Source: Chloroflexota bacterium (GTDB taxonomy: Bacteria > Chloroflexota > UBA6077 > FW602-bin22 > JAMCVK01). From it: DNA of 64,000 nucleotides. Shown in pieces: positions 62,114 through 64,000 of the stretch. Numbering within the stretch: position 1 is the stretch's first letter; every line of letters begins with the position of its first letter. The stretch is taken from NCBI GenBank assembly GCA_023475225.1, contig JAMCVK010000036.1, forward strand, positions 26,164-90,163. Reading direction: 5' to 3'. Below the pieces are notes generated by a model. It was not told the origin of the DNA. It made no database searches and saw only the letters and a list, made by a program, of their open reading frames with translations. Both the position numbers and the translations under genes were made by a program.

Positions 62114-63697
62114 ATGGTTAGGGGGTTAACCGGCGATATGAGCCATACTCAAGTACAACGCTCATCTGATGGGATGACCATAGACGTATTAATTGAGCTA
62201 CCGGGCCATGACTGCAATATATATGAATATGACAAGCGCCGCGAGGCCATCAGGCTAAAACAAGTTCACTATGCCACTGAGCACTATCCGGTGGATTGGG
62301 GCATTATCCCACATACCCTAACCCCAGAGGGGAGTGAGCTGGACGTTTTACTGGTGACAAACCAGTCTAACTTTCCCGGTTGCCTCGTGTTGGCCCATCC
62401 CATCGGTTTCCTGGAGCGGCGTGATGGTTCGGCAACGGAACAGGCAGTGGTCGCTGTTCCGTTGGGTGATTCTCAGCTCAACCATATCCACGATATCCAG
62501 GACCTTCCATATGATCGCCGCCATGGGATAGAAATCCTCTACAATCATCGTGGAGAACAGCTGATCACCGATACCCTCAATTGGCATGGGGCAGTTGAGG
62601 CAGAGTATCTCATCCACGAGGCTCGCCGTAGGGCTACTCTGGAACGCCTTGAAGGTGAGAGTGAGAGAGGGCGGCGTGGTGGCTTCGGCTGGAAGGCGGG
62701 GGTTGGACTCAAGCCCCGCTGGCTGGCCACAGAGATGGAGGCCCACACGGCGGCAGAATACGCTGTCCATAAGCTACCTTATCGCTTCCAGGAGTATGTG
62801 GAGGATTGCCTGCTGCCTGAGGAGAGGATATTGCTCTTCATCAGCCGTCCACCTGTAACCAGTAGATGGTCGTTTATCCGCCGCAAACAGTTGAATGAGG
62901 GTATTCTGGTAATCACTGACCGGCAGGTCATGATGATGACCGATACCATCCCGCCTGATTCTACGCTGGTTCATTGGGGATATAAGGCGAGAGTGAGCGC
63001 CATAGAGAGGCTCTCTACAGTGTACGTCAACAAAGATTCATCCTACGCTGTCTTAAAGTTAGTCTTCGAGGCCCTTGCCGGAAAAGAGACAATGACTATC
63101 GAGTTCCCCACGGATCAATGGCTGTGGCTGGAGAGGGCGAAGGAATTGTTAGAAAGGTTTATTCCAGGCGAGGCCTCCACAGCCTTACGGCGACTCTACC
63201 AGACAGAGGGACAGAAGGATCGTCGTGGAGTGGTGCTGGTTGATTGGGATGATCCGGCGAGGGAAGCGAGCATAACTGAGCTCAGCGCCGTCCTGCCTCA
63301 ACTTCTGGGGGAGGGCGAGGAGGTGCTGGCGAAAGCCTTGGCCCCATCCTGGCCAGCGAAGAGAAGGCTGCCAACACTGTTAGCGGTCACTAACCAACGG
63401 GTGCTCCTCCTCCCAACCGACTATCGTAGGGCCGAATCTGATGGCTGGGAAGCTTATGCTATCGGGGAACTCTCCTCTGTAGAGTTGCATCACTCCCTTC
63501 TTGGCTGCTGGATTGAATTGGCCGTCCCGGCCGGTGATATCATCCGGCGGATTAGGTTGGAGTTTGAGAGCCCATCCATCAGACCATTTCGTAGTGTCTT
63601 CTCAGCCACTCGTCAGTTGATGGGGCAGCCATTCGCATCAGCGGAGCTCCAGTCATCTCATCTTGTGCCGATGAGGGATAAGAGAGTACCGGTTTAG
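62114..63697 (+). CDS. Fusion of a family-I inorganic-pyrophosphatase-like domain (degenerate active site) with two PH/GRAM-like (bPH-type) domains
   Basis: 527 aa. The N-terminus IDVLIELPGHDCNIYEYDK...YPVDWGIIPHTL..GSELDVLLV...PGCLVLAHPIGFL is colinear with soluble PPases. The C-terminal segments EERILLFISRPP...GILVITDRQVMMMTD and LLAVTNQRVLLLPTD...ELSSVELHHSLLGCWIEL look like bacterial PH domains. Confidence 0.6.
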   Translation: MVRGLTGDMSHTQVQRSSDGMTIDVLIELPGHDCNIYEYDKRREAIRLKQVHYATEHYPVDWGIIPHTLTPEGSELDVLLVTNQSNFPGCLVLAHPIGFLERRDGSATEQAVVAVPLGDSQLNHIHDIQDLPYDRRHGIEILYNHRGEQLITDTLNWHGAVEAEYLIHEARRRATLERLEGESERGRRGGFGWKAGVGLKPRWLATEMEAHTAAEYAVHKLPYRFQEYVEDCLLPEERILLFISRPPVTSRWSFIRRKQLNEGILVITDRQVMMMTDTIPPDSTLVHWGYKARVSAIERLSTVYVNKDSSYAVLKLVFEALAGKETMTIEFPTDQWLWLERAKELLERFIPGEASTALRRLYQTEGQKDRRGVVLVDWDDPAREASITELSAVLPQLLGEGEEVLAKALAPSWPAKRRLPTLLAVTNQRVLLLPTDYRRAESDGWEAYAIGELSSVELHHSLLGCWIELAVPAGDIIRRIRLEFESPSIRPFRSVFSATRQLMGQPFASAELQSSHLVPMRDKRVPV

Positions 63698-63706
63698 GGT
63701 TAGCAG

Positions 63707-64000
63707 ATGGTAATCTATTGCCCACGCTGCTGGATGGAGAACAGTCCTGGGAGCACGGTTTGCCAACGTTGCGGGGCTTCGCTCCAGGGACTAGCCGAGG
63801 AAGACTTTGTGGCCAAGTTGATCTCCGCTTTAAGGCATCCCGAACCAGCCACGCCCCGGCGGGCTGCCTGGATCCTGGGCGAGCTACACGAGGCCAGTGG
63901 TGTCGAGCCTTTGATCAAGGCGCTGGAAATCAGCAAGGATCCCTATCTCCTGGAGAGCATTGTGGAGGCGCTGGGCAAGATAGGTAATGCGCGGGCGATC
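63707..64000 (+). CDS. Zinc-ribbon plus HEAT-repeat (PBS-lyase HEAT-like) protein, 3'-truncated by the window edge
   Basis: The frame starting at ATG 63707 reads MVIYCPRCWMENSPGSTVCQRCGASL...RRAAWILGELHEASGVEPLIKALEISKDPYLLESIVEALGKIGNARAI. It is open to the end of the window. It is not in the ORF track, which shows another frame at 63718..63987. Confidence 0.7.
   Translation, partial: MVIYCPRCWMENSPGSTVCQRCGASLQGLAEEDFVAKLISALRHPEPATPRRAAWILGELHEASGVEPLIKALEISKDPYLLESIVEALGKIGNARAI

Noticed and set aside
63718-63987. Track ORFs 63718..63987(+) and 63715..63936(-)
   Set aside because: A different plus-strand frame starting at ATG 63707 gives a clean zinc ribbon and canonical HEAT-repeat sequence, and is open to the window end. 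The listed ORFs are out-of-frame shadows.

Overview
A GC-rich bacterial chromosomal segment, probably from an uncultured organism; I cannot assign taxonomy from sequence alone. Operons are tightly coupled, with many ATGA/TAATG start-stop overlaps. Layout from left to right follows.

(1) 1-2.2 kb: housekeeping genes, an SDR and a tartrate/D-malate dehydrogenase.

(2) 2.4-13.3 kb: a decaying defence/accessory island. It holds two VapBC pairs, a type III-like R-M system (Mod, Res) with a hicBA remnant and a wHTH gene inserted between them, a GIY-YIG plus proteasome-like Ntn-hydrolase mini-operon, and a degenerate tRNA-Lys-like sequence at its end.

(3) 13.4-42.8 kb: a large minus-strand glycan-biosynthesis super-locus. 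It contains GT4/GT2 glycosyltransferases, a GT-C-like membrane protein, a flippase, an epimerase, two B12-binding radical SAM enzymes, two SAM methyltransferases and a complete GDP-D-glycero-alpha-D-manno-heptose pathway (gmhA, hddA, gmhB, hddC). It is interrupted twice by plus-strand insertions.

(4) The two insertions are paralogous four-gene cassettes at 20.6-24.9 kb and 31.6-36.3 kb. Each carries its own promoter, lies beside VapBC modules, and has near-identical ends with a divergent middle. This is the most interesting feature of the window.

(5) 42.8-54.7 kb: an 11-gene corrinoid uptake/salvage operon (btuFCD-cobO-cobS-cbiA-cbiB-cobD-cobC-cbiP-cobU) behind one cobalamin riboswitch, plus a pduX-like threonine kinase.

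(6) 54.7-59.6 kb: an IS remnant, a PLP enzyme / DsrE-like / LysR trio, and an M24 peptidase.

(7) 59.8-64 kb: an uncharacterised operon, preceded by a promoter and hairpin leader. It encodes a tandem-duplicated CxxC/CxxH zinc protein, a coiled-coil protein, a degenerate pyrophosphatase-PH fusion and a zinc-ribbon HEAT-repeat protein.

Two modular families of GC-rich intergenic repeats (R1, R2) are scattered through the window. No rRNA, CRISPR array, integrase or intact transposase was found.
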